A stretch of 64,000 nt of DNA, taken from an uncultured Bdellovibrio sp. (GTDB lineage Bacteria; Bdellovibrionota; Bdellovibrionia; Bdellovibrionales; Bdellovibrionaceae). The stretch is from NCBI GenBank assembly GCA_964590635.1, contig CAZPYX010000001.1, forward strand, positions 550-64,549, given 5' to 3'. Position numbers and translations under genes: made by a program. This document shows, piece after piece, positions 28,414 through 36,917 of this stretch; the first letter of the stretch is position 1; each line of letters starts with the position of its first letter. Under the pieces are notes generated by a model. The model ran no database searches. It was not told the DNA's origin and saw nothing but the letters and a program-made list of their open reading frames with translations.

Positions 28414-29943
28414 TTAAGGACGGTAGTTCGCCGCGCGATAGTAGTCAGAGTTCATAATCTTCTTAATAATACTTTTCACAGACTGATTCTGATGAAGTTC
28501 AGCACCAAGCTCTTCAATAAATTTTCTGTCAGCGACGGATTCAGTGGACAGCTGCTTATTCAACTCTGCATTCTTTGGATCGGTGCGATCATACAAGGAA
28601 ACGCGAATTCCAGTGAAGTATTCGAAGTATCTTTTTGCCGCACACTGATAGTAGTCTTCCTGTTCTGAAATCGCAGTGCCCAAGCCACTCACACGAACAA
28701 CATCTTGATCAACAAGTTGTCCTGAAGAGAAGGCACGATAGCGAAGTTTTCCAGTGGGAGTTTGGCGATGGAAATTACTAACAGGTTCTGAAGGCCAGCC
28801 TGCAACGGATGCTTGGTTTTCATTGAATGTCGTCATAAGGCTTGTTGATCTTGAAGTCAGAGAAATATTTGCGAAGTTAGAATTCACAACAACTGCGTTT
28901 CTCATGGTGTAGGCCATTGGATCCAAACTTGCGTGGCACATCACACAGCTTGTCGCATTCCTAAATGGAGCACTTGAATTGCCGACCACGAACTTAGCCA
29001 CATCAGATTCGCGAAGGGCGGGTAAGGTCGCGCACATAAAAGTTTGAAAGTTTGTTTGTGACCAGCGACGAGCGACTTTCAAAGAGCCATTTGCCAAGGT
29101 CCCTTTGCCGTGACCAAAGTTCATCATAAAATAAACCGGTGTGCCTAGGACACCACCGCCAAAAGAAGTATGAGGATTAAAGGTATAGTTTAATCCGGGC
29201 TGATTGTTTCCACGGCTGTCCTGAAAGCCTTGCATGGCAATATTTGGAACCATGGCGCCATCGCTGACTGTGGTACGGATGCCATAAAGTTCACCGACCA
29301 TCGGCTTCATGAAATTCATAAGGATCAAATTATTTACGTCATTCAGATTTCCAGTGAAGGGCATGAAGTTGTATTGATTGTTGTTAAATGCGGGGTTGTT
29401 GCCAAATAGACGACGACCAGAATAGTTGGCACTCCAATCAAAACCAATTTTAGATGCCATCGAAACATCTTGTCTGAGACCTTGAACTCCAGTTGAAAGA
29501 GTCACCACATCAGAATATCGACCGCTGCGCACGAACAAAGCGCGAGTCAACGCAAGCGCAGGTTCTGTTGAATCGTAGATATCCATTGTGCCGTTAGAAA
29601 TTTCGTTATTGTTATCTTGAATTTGCTCAACCGTGTTAGCGGTAAACCAGCTGCGGTGAAAGCTTGCGAAATTATTTAATATAGAGCGTGTTTCAACATC
29701 GTCGGCAAACAGAGCTCCCGAAGTGGGGTTGAGTTCAACTCGATCCAGAAGTTCGTTGCAGGCATCAATCGCCTTTTTAGAACCCGCTTTGATTTGAGCC
29801 ATCACAGAGTTGCCAAGGGGAACGGGTTTGCCAGTAAGGTGAGAATAACAACGAGCATAGAATGCGCGTTCGGTCAGGTTTTGGGCATTAGCAAAAGAAG
29901 AAAACGATAGTAAGAGTGCTAACGCACCAAACTTTTTAACCAT
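28414..29943 (-). CDS. Secreted DUF1585/DUF1588-like protein with a CxxCH motif
   Basis: Signal peptide, RCYSHLTG, CVMCHASLDP, CAAKRYFEYFTG; usual partner of DUF1501 genes. Confidence 0.65.
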   Translation of the reverse strand: MVKKFGALALLLSFSSFANAQNLTERAFYARCYSHLTGKPVPLGNSVMAQIKAGSKKAIDACNELLDRVELNPTSGALFADDVETRSILNNFASFHRSWFTANTVEQIQDNNNEISNGTMDIYDSTEPALALTRALFVRSGRYSDVVTLSTGVQGLRQDVSMASKIGFDWSANYSGRRLFGNNPAFNNNQYNFMPFTGNLNDVNNLILMNFMKPMVGELYGIRTTVSDGAMVPNIAMQGFQDSRGNNQPGLNYTFNPHTSFGGGVLGTPVYFMMNFGHGKGTLANGSLKVARRWSQTNFQTFMCATLPALRESDVAKFVVGNSSAPFRNATSCVMCHASLDPMAYTMRNAVVVNSNFANISLTSRSTSLMTTFNENQASVAGWPSEPVSNFHRQTPTGKLRYRAFSSGQLVDQDVVRVSGLGTAISEQEDYYQCAAKRYFEYFTGIRVSLYDRTDPKNAELNKQLSTESVADRKFIEELGAELHQNQSVKSIIKKIMNSDYYRAANYRP

Positions 29944-29973
29944 GGTTTTTCCCCCTCAAAGTACCTAAGGAAC

Positions 29974-30000
29974 ATATCGGAACATTATGGAGAGGCTTGA
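29974..30000 (-). promoter_or_regulatory. Sigma28 (FliA)-like promoter
   Basis: Minus strand TCAA-N15-TCCGATAT, 30 nt upstream of ATG 29943. Confidence 0.55.
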
Positions 30001-30073
30001 AGGTTGTTCTCAGATTGAGGCGCTAAATCTGAGGATTACTGCTCCGTCTTGGTGTTTGTGGACGGAACGTCTC

Positions 30074-30106
30074 AAAAAACGAAAAACGGACCCGTCATGG
30101 GCCCGT
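30074..30106 (-). terminator. Intrinsic terminator
   Basis: ACGGGCCC-atgac-GGGTCCGT followed by T-runs on the minus strand. Confidence 0.7.
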
Positions 30107-30137
30107 GGAGGATCGAACATTGAGGGTGTCGAAGAGT

Positions 30138-31466
30138 TTACTGAGCTCTTGTTCCGCTCACCCTTCCAGACATTGCTGACATAGGTACCGCGATATATTG
30201 GACACCTTGTGAACTTGTTGCTGGAACTGAAGTGCTAGGGACTAGGTTCGGCACAACAACTTGAGCGCCGTTTGTACTAACACCTACACCACGACCTGGA
30301 GCCAAGCGAGGAGCTAACAAAGTTCCATCTGGCTGTTGAATCAAAACCGTACCTGGGTTTGTGATTGTGCCAGGGATGCTTGGATTCGCTGGGTTCATTG
30401 GTCCACTTGTGATCAACTGACCATTCACGAAGTTGTAGTTTTGCGGAGAGCTTACAAGTTGGTTGAAGATTTGATCCGCATTATTTGTGTAAGCCCAAAC
30501 TACCGGGTTCAAGTCACCGTAAGAGATGGATTGTTCTCTTAAAGAGTTGTTAGCCCATGATGTTTGGATGTTTGCGAAATTGTTTTTCGCTGCATACACG
30601 CTGTTTTGACCGTTTTGGTACATATTCATCCAGTAGCTAGATGCATTCAAATCTTTGGCATTGATCGCTGTCTGATAGTTTGTGTAGAAAGTCTTAACCG
30701 TGTTACCTGCGTAACCGATTGAAGCCGCCAAAGTCATTCCCATTCTTTGACGAAGCTCCTTCCAACCTTTTTCAGTGATCAAGTTGTCTTGAAGTGAAGT
30801 CAATTGATCAAGACCAGACTGATTTACCGTTTGGTCATCGCTGGCAATGGCTTTTGCAAGTGTTTGTTGTACGTATTTACCATAGAAGCTTGCGACTTCT
30901 TTTTGATCTACTTTTTCATCGCTTAGAACTGCAGAGATTTCATTAATACGGCAGTCCAATGTATCTGCATCGTCTTTAGCCGTGCCACATTTTTTCAGAA
31001 CTTTCTCTGTGAAAGTAAGTTTTGCTTTTACTTTTTTAACTTGAGCTTCCGGTGCTTCAACTTCCTCTTTTTCTTTTGCCGGTGCTGGAGGAGCTTTAAC
31101 AACCTTGTCGCCTTCTTCGATTTTCGCCATTAAGGCTACGTTCAAAGAGTCGATGTCTTTTGTGTTTTTATCAAATGCTACATTGAGTGTGTATTGTTTG
31201 AATCCGCATTCTTCACAGTAGCCTTTGCCTTCTGTAAGTTTTGGAACCAAAGCCAGGACTTCTTTATCACCTGTCTTAATGTACTTCACATTCGCAACAC
31301 CTTTAGATGTTGTGATTTTTCCTGGGATAACGTCATCTGCTTCGGATGCCATATCCATAGATGCAATGCCACCAGTGTGTTGATTGAAAGAAACATTAAA
31401 ACCAAGTACCAGCAATAGTGCTGATGCCATCGCCCATTTTTTTTGGGTATCAGTGAAAGTTTTCAT
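30138..31466 (-). CDS. Exported or membrane-anchored hypothetical protein, 442 aa
   Basis: N-terminal hydrophobic helix, CEEC motif, Pro/Gly-rich C-terminal tail; AGGAGG RBS. Confidence 0.85.
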   Translation of the reverse strand: MKTFTDTQKKWAMASALLLVLGFNVSFNQHTGGIASMDMASEADDVIPGKITTSKGVANVKYIKTGDKEVLALVPKLTEGKGYCEECGFKQYTLNVAFDKNTKDIDSLNVALMAKIEEGDKVVKAPPAPAKEKEEVEAPEAQVKKVKAKLTFTEKVLKKCGTAKDDADTLDCRINEISAVLSDEKVDQKEVASFYGKYVQQTLAKAIASDDQTVNQSGLDQLTSLQDNLITEKGWKELRQRMGMTLAASIGYAGNTVKTFYTNYQTAINAKDLNASSYWMNMYQNGQNSVYAAKNNFANIQTSWANNSLREQSISYGDLNPVVWAYTNNADQIFNQLVSSPQNYNFVNGQLITSGPMNPANPSIPGTITNPGTVLIQQPDGTLLAPRLAPGRGVGVSTNGAQVVVPNLVPSTSVPATSSQGVQYIAVPMSAMSGRVSGTRAQ

Positions 31467-31517
31467 AAAGTCCTCCTGTTAATAGGTCTTCCAGACCCTT
31501 TTTTCTAACTTGATGTA

Positions 31518-31535
31518 AAGCGAAGGCCGGGCCAA
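31518..31535 (-). promoter_or_regulatory. Sigma54 promoter
   Basis: Minus strand TTGGCCCGGCCTTCGCTT, GG-N10-GC, about 50 nt upstream of ATG 31466. Confidence 0.5.
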
Positions 31536-31780
31536 AACACGAGGTCCATGCCAAGGGTCTTAAGGCGCTGAAATATTTAAGGGTTCTCACGTTGAGAAAT
31601 TTTTTTCGCGGGGAGTGCTTTGTCGAACTTGTAGTGTCCCCTTCTGGGAATGAATAAAGACCTTATAATTTCATATAGTTAGAGATTTTTGCGGTGGGTT
31701 TTAGTGGCCTACGCCCAAGAGACTCTTTTGGGCACCTTTGGCTTGCCTGAAAGCGGTAAATTGAGCGATAACTCCCTTCG

Positions 31781-32962
31781 ATGAAGTTTCATTTCCCGAA
31801 GAGTCTCAAACCAGAACATATCGCTGAATCCGATTGGAACAATTGGACTTGGCAGCTTCGTCATTCCTTGAAGACGCAAAGTGATTTTGAAAAACATTTT
31901 GAGTTGAGTGCCGATGAGCGTGCCGCCTTCACTGAAGGTAAAGAGCTTTTCAATATTCGCACGACTCCTTATTATGCCAGTTTGTCTGGTGGCCCGGGTG
32001 AATCGATTCGTCAGATCTTGATGCCGCAACGTTTTGAGATTGAAGAAGGTTCACAACAAATGTTGGATCCTTTAGGGGAGCGCAAGAACAATCCGGCTCC
32101 GCGAGTGATTCATCGCTATTCAGATCGCGTTCTTTTTTTAATTACTGACATTTGCAGTGTGTATTGCCGTTTCTGCACCCGCAAACATTTTACCGGCCAA
32201 GAACAAGCGTTCATTCGCAACGAGGAGTACGAGCAAGCACTGGCTTATATCAAAAGCCACACAGGAATTCGCGAAGTCATTCTATCGGGCGGAGATCCGC
32301 TTACGGTCGGGGATGCCCAGTTAGAACGGGTATTGAGTGATCTGCGCAATATTGAACATATCGAAATTATTCGTATCGGTTCTCGCATGCCGGTTGTCTG
32401 TCCGATGCGTGTCACTGAAGATCTGGTGAAGATTTTAAAAAAGCACAAACCTGTTTTCTTGATGTCTCACTTCAACCATCCGAATGAATTAACCGCAGAA
32501 GCCGCAGCGGCATTGGAGTTGTTGGTTGATAACGGCGTTCCGGTGATGAATCAAATGGTTCTTCTGAACGGCATCAACAATCACGCTGCTTTGGTGCAAG
32601 CGCTGAATCGTCGTTTGTTGTATCTCCGTGTGAAGCCTTACTACATGTTCCAGTGCGATCCTTCCATCGGCACAGATCATCTGCGCACATCGGTCGAAGA
32701 TTCTTTGGAAATTCAAAAAGAGTTGTGGGGGCACTTGTCAGGATTGGCGATGCCAAACTTATCTTTGGACATCCCAAACGGCGGAGGCAAAACCTACCTC
32801 GTTCCAAATTTCCAAACCTCCCAAGAGGGCCTCACTCGCAACTTCACAGGCTGGGATGGCGTCGACGCCCAATACGTCAGCCCCTCACCAGACAAAATAA
32901 AAAAACCACTCCTAGGCCCTTATCAAACTGAGTGGTCTCACTTAAAAAACGGAAAATCCTAA
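31781..32962 (+). CDS. kamA: KamA-family radical SAM enzyme (lysine 2,3-aminomutase-like)
   Basis: HRYSDRVL, CSVYCRFCTRK, LSGGDPL, HFNHP, PYYMFQCD, PNGGGK (PLP lysine). Confidence 0.9.
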   Translation: MKFHFPKSLKPEHIAESDWNNWTWQLRHSLKTQSDFEKHFELSADERAAFTEGKELFNIRTTPYYASLSGGPGESIRQILMPQRFEIEEGSQQMLDPLGERKNNPAPRVIHRYSDRVLFLITDICSVYCRFCTRKHFTGQEQAFIRNEEYEQALAYIKSHTGIREVILSGGDPLTVGDAQLERVLSDLRNIEHIEIIRIGSRMPVVCPMRVTEDLVKILKKHKPVFLMSHFNHPNELTAEAAAALELLVDNGVPVMNQMVLLNGINNHAALVQALNRRLLYLRVKPYYMFQCDPSIGTDHLRTSVEDSLEIQKELWGHLSGLAMPNLSLDIPNGGGKTYLVPNFQTSQEGLTRNFTGWDGVDAQYVSPSPDKIKKPLLGPYQTEWSHLKNGKS

Positions 32963-32965
32963 AAC

Positions 32966-33058
32966 GTACCTGCTTCCTATTGGTTAAAAAAGGGAGCAGG
33001 TCGAACAAAGAATCTTAACGGTCTATGTACTTTTTTAAACCGTTAGGAAGCAGGTACC
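32966..33058. repeat. REP/MITE-like element with about 28-bp terminal inverted repeats
   Basis: GTACCTGCTTCCTATTGGTTAAAAAAG ... CTTTTTTAAACCGTTAGGAAGCAGGTAC between convergent stops. Confidence 0.85.
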
Positions 33059-33525
33059 TATCGGCCGGGTTTGTATTCGATGGTTAGGTGGGCGTAGTCG
33101 TTTTCGACTCCTTGAGAAAATGAAAGCATGTCTGCTGTGGTGAGGCTGTTGAATTGAAGCCATGTTGTTGTTGAAGAGAATGCTTTTGTCGTTGGTTGAT
33201 CGCGGTCCGTGACCCAGTACAAAACTTCGTAGGCTGTTTTATTAGCGACCTTAGATTGATATTGGCGAATGAGGAAGTGAACTCGGAACATTCTTAGCAT
33301 GTTCGTGCCTTTTCCACACCAAACATCCCAGTCCCATGCTCCAGGCTTATCAAAGACATGGGCACATTTTAAATCAATGGTTCCATCGTTCGACATGTAG
33401 TGAAAAGTCACATCGTCTTCCTTAAGTTCCTTGGTGCCGATTTCAGAGAAACCTTTTGGTGCCGCAAAAACAGAAGAGGAAAGGGTAATTACAGAGGCAA
33501 TAAGAAGTGCTTTGATTGTTTTCAT
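33058..33525 (-). CDS. Secreted hypothetical protein
   Basis: Signal peptide ending VFA, two Cys, 155 aa. Confidence 0.8.
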   Translation of the reverse strand: MKTIKALLIASVITLSSSVFAAPKGFSEIGTKELKEDDVTFHYMSNDGTIDLKCAHVFDKPGAWDWDVWCGKGTNMLRMFRVHFLIRQYQSKVANKTAYEVLYWVTDRDQPTTKAFSSTTTWLQFNSLTTADMLSFSQGVENDYAHLTIEYKPGR

Positions 33526-33592
33526 ACGAAAAGCCTACCAAGGCCAAGACAGACTAAGTAGGAAAATTTGCAGATGAAAGTCTTTTGAAACT

Positions 33593-33617
33593 AAAAAAGG
33601 GCCCCGCCGGGACCCTT
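33593..33617 (-). terminator. Intrinsic terminator of the barrel gene 33732-34349
   Basis: AAGGGTCCC-ggc-GGGGCCCTT followed by a T-run on the minus strand. Confidence 0.65.
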
Positions 33618-33618
33618 C

Positions 33619-33720
33619 GAAAGGTACCTGCTTCCTATTGAGTTAAAAAGGGAGCAAGTACATCAATATATTTTAGCAGAGCAAGTACCTTTTTAATCCA
33701 ATAGGAAGCAGGTACCTTTC
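33619..33720. repeat. REP/MITE-like element, 102 bp, 33-bp terminal inverted repeats
   Basis: GAAAGGTACCTGCTTCCTATTGAGTTAAAAAGG ... CCTTTTTAATCCAATAGGAAGCAGGTACCTTTC (two mismatches); same family as the 32966 copy. Confidence 0.9.
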
Positions 33721-33731
33721 GTCTCTTTCGG

Positions 33732-34349
33732 TTACCAGATAACTGAGAAGTTCAAGATTGCTACTTCGATACCCATGTCGATGTCACCTTTTTTAACAAA
33801 GCGAAGTTCCGGAGCGTAGCTAACGTTGTTCCAAAGAGCGAAACGTTTACCGCCGCCGAAGAAAAGACCAAATTTAGTTTCATAGTCAGTTTCTCTGTCA
33901 TTCAATACAGAGTACAAGCCAATACCAGCTTTTAAGAAGAAGGCATTTTTAAGATCAGATTGGAAATTGTAAGCACCCACACCCGCGATGTCGAAAAGTG
34001 TTTTGCTGTCTCCGGTAGGTGAAACCTCTTTAGAAAGCATTTGAATACGACCTTCTCCACCGACTTGGAAACCTTCTTTGAGGTAGTGAAGATAAGAAGC
34101 ACCAATGTCGATCACTGTTCCAGTTGATGCATTTTTAGAACGTTTTTCAGAAATGAACACACCACGAGTCAAAAGAGTTGTGAACTCGTTCTCATTGCTT
34201 CCACCAGCAAGGAAAGACTCTGTAGAAGAATAACTTCTTTCCACAGGAGCAGCTTTAGCTACGTAAGTATTAGACGATTTAGTTTTTGCACCGGCAACTG
34301 ACGTGAACGCCATTGCTACAGCAGCTAGGGATACGATCAACTTGTTCAT
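33732..34349 (-). CDS. Small outer-membrane beta-barrel protein
   Basis: Signal peptide, about eight amphipathic strands, C-terminal Trp. Confidence 0.8.
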   Translation of the reverse strand: MNKLIVSLAAVAMAFTSVAGAKTKSSNTYVAKAAPVERSYSSTESFLAGGSNENEFTTLLTRGVFISEKRSKNASTGTVIDIGASYLHYLKEGFQVGGEGRIQMLSKEVSPTGDSKTLFDIAGVGAYNFQSDLKNAFFLKAGIGLYSVLNDRETDYETKFGLFFGGGKRFALWNNVSYAPELRFVKKGDIDMGIEVAILNFSVIW

Positions 34350-34432
34350 CAGAGTCTCCTTATTGTGAACACATTTAAAGCGGTTTGAACCCCGAAATAA
34401 TTGTGGTTTCTCAAAAAGGAGTCAATATCTAA

Positions 34433-36718
34433 TTAAACACGTTCCAGACGAGCATATTTGACGACAAATTTCTTAACAGTATTGTCCGTAAACATAACGC
34501 TGACTTTCAAAGTATCGCCCGAGCCTTCGGTTGCATAAACAGTTCCTACACCGAAAGTAGGATGACGCACGCGCATGCCTTTGGAGTAATTCATGCCGCC
34601 AGCTCCGTCGCCATCGTAATCGGGGAAGTCTTGCGTATCGAAGTCATCTCCGCCAGTGTTGCGAGCTTTATTGCGATCCGAACCAGTGCTGCCCCATTTG
34701 GATTCGTACAAATCTCCAGAGCTATCACCATAGCGATTTACGAAACGAGGTGCCTCTGCCGCGGACTTGAATGAAACAAAACTAGGTGGAATTTCTTTAA
34801 TGAAACGAGACGGAGGATTGAATTGTTCTTGTCCCCACACGCGACGCATTTTTGTATAAGTAAGCCATAGCTTCTGACGAGCGCGGGTCATGCCGACATA
34901 AGCCAGACGACGCTCTTCTTCGATGTCTTCTGGATTTTCGCTTTCCGTCGCTCTTCCGCTTGGGAAAAGATTTTCCTCAACGCCCACTACAAATACGTAA
35001 GGATATTCTAATCCTTTAGAAATGTGCAAAGTCATGAGGGTCACTGAGTTCTGTTCTTGATTGAGCGAATCGACATCATTCACCAAGGCCATTTCTTCCA
35101 GATAAGAAATCAATGTGGCTTCTTCGCCGCGCTCTTTGGCGAACTGAGCGATGGCGTTGTCGAGTTCTTCTAAGTTTTCAATACGAGCTTGTGCTTCTGG
35201 AGACTCATCTTTTTTTAAAGCCGCTAAGTATTCCGTGCGATCCAAAACGATGTGATAGAAATCTGTCAACTTGAAGCTGCTAGAGCTTGATTGCAATTCA
35301 TCCATTAGATCCAAGAAGCGACGGATTTTTCCCGTTGTTCCTGCATTGAAGATTTTTTGCTCCACAGCTTTTTTCGCACCTTCGTACATCGTTGAGTTAT
35401 TCTGTGCAGAGAACTCTTCGATCTTATCGATCGTCGTCTTTCCGATACCGCGAGCAGGGACATTGATGATGCGTTTAAGCGCCATATCGTCAGCGGGGTT
35501 GATCGCAAGTTTCATGTAGCTCAAGATGTCTTTGATCTCCATGCGCTCATAGAAACGCACGCCGCCCACGAGACGATAGGGAATTGCAAGGGTGCGAAGT
35601 TGCTCCTCAAGAACACGGGACTGCGCATTGGTGCGATAGAAAACTGCGTAGTCATTGTAAGAGCCTTCGCCCTCATTCATCATAGTCTGAACAGTCTTCG
35701 CGACAAATTTGGCTTCATCATATTCGTTGCGCTCTTCGCGCACGTTGATCAAATCACCCTCAGGGTTTGAAGTGAAAAGAGTTTTATCTTTTCTTTGCGA
35801 GTTGTTCTTGATCACCGCGGTTGCCGCATTCACGATGTTTCCAGAAGAGCGATAGTTTTCTTCGAGCTTCACAACCTTGGCTTCAGGAAAGTCTTTTTCG
35901 AAATCGAGAATGTTTTTAATATCAGCGCCACGCCAGCTATAGATCGACTGATCTTCGTCACCGACAACGCAAAGATTGCGGTGAGCTTTCGCCAACATTT
36001 GCACGATGAGATATTGGATGTGATTGGTATCCTGATACTCATCCACCATGATGTATTGGAATTTTTCTTGATACATTTTCAAAACATCTGGGTACATACG
36101 GAAGAGGTCGTAAGTTTTCATCAACAAATCGTCGAAATCGAGACTGTTTGCTCGTTTCATTTCGACTTCATAGGCTTTGTAGACTTCGACAGTTTTTTGA
36201 TCCATCAAACGCTTTGAGCTTTTTTCCAAACCTTCGGGAGTCAGCCCCAACATTTTCGCGTTACTGATGCGAGCTTGGAAATTTTTGGCAGGATACATCT
36301 TGTCGTTGATGCTTAAAGCCGTCATAACTTTTTTGATTTGGCTCAATTGATCCGAAGAATCGTAGATCGTGAAGAACTGCTTGTAGTCCAAAAGAGTGAT
36401 GTGACTGCGAAGCACGCGCACGCAGAAACTGTGGAAGGTATTCACCCAAAGCTGTTCACGAACCATGATCCCCATGTCGCCTAGAATCTTGTAAATTCTG
36501 TGCTCCATTTCTTTGGCGGCCTTATTAGTAAAGGTCACACAAAGGATGCCGTCCGGAGCGGCGGCCCCTTGGCCAATAATGTTAGCCATACGATGAGTTA
36601 GAACACGGGTTTTTCCAGATCCGGCTCCGGCCAAAATCAAAAGGGGGCCGTTCAAGGTCTCAATGGCGTCTTTCTGGGGTGGGTTCATGTTTTTAGTAAC
36701 AAAATCAAGTATATCCAT
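34433..36718 (-). CDS. pcrA: UvrD/PcrA-family DNA helicase
   Basis: GAGSGKT, TFTNKAA, DEYQD, VGDEDQSIYSWRGA, EERRLAYVGMTRA, C-terminal RVRHPTFGVG domain. Confidence 0.96.
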   Translation of the reverse strand: MDILDFVTKNMNPPQKDAIETLNGPLLILAGAGSGKTRVLTHRMANIIGQGAAAPDGILCVTFTNKAAKEMEHRIYKILGDMGIMVREQLWVNTFHSFCVRVLRSHITLLDYKQFFTIYDSSDQLSQIKKVMTALSINDKMYPAKNFQARISNAKMLGLTPEGLEKSSKRLMDQKTVEVYKAYEVEMKRANSLDFDDLLMKTYDLFRMYPDVLKMYQEKFQYIMVDEYQDTNHIQYLIVQMLAKAHRNLCVVGDEDQSIYSWRGADIKNILDFEKDFPEAKVVKLEENYRSSGNIVNAATAVIKNNSQRKDKTLFTSNPEGDLINVREERNEYDEAKFVAKTVQTMMNEGEGSYNDYAVFYRTNAQSRVLEEQLRTLAIPYRLVGGVRFYERMEIKDILSYMKLAINPADDMALKRIINVPARGIGKTTIDKIEEFSAQNNSTMYEGAKKAVEQKIFNAGTTGKIRRFLDLMDELQSSSSSFKLTDFYHIVLDRTEYLAALKKDESPEAQARIENLEELDNAIAQFAKERGEEATLISYLEEMALVNDVDSLNQEQNSVTLMTLHISKGLEYPYVFVVGVEENLFPSGRATESENPEDIEEERRLAYVGMTRARQKLWLTYTKMRRVWGQEQFNPPSRFIKEIPPSFVSFKSAAEAPRFVNRYGDSSGDLYESKWGSTGSDRNKARNTGGDDFDTQDFPDYDGDGAGGMNYSKGMRVRHPTFGVGTVYATEGSGDTLKVSVMFTDNTVKKFVVKYARLERV

Positions 36719-36917
36719 TAGCCTTCTTCCCTAGAAAGTTCTGGGTTTTATCCCGAACCGCCCAAACTGCTCGCAAATCAACCCCTGGGTCCACTGTCTA
36801 AAAAGTGGTGAAGTTGACAAAGTTTGCTTATCCCTAAGTTTTCATTGAGAATTTCCACGAACTCGACTACAACTGTAACGCATTTAGTCATGAGCCTAGC
36901 GGACTCTCCCGTTTATA

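Noticed and set aside
31781-32962. KamA enzyme as part of the peptide system
   Set aside because: It is a PLP-dependent aminomutase type without SPASM, lies 18 kb away, and has no adjacent peptide.
32966-33720. CRISPR array
   Set aside because: The repeats are inverted and dispersed, with no regular repeat-spacer period and no cas genes.
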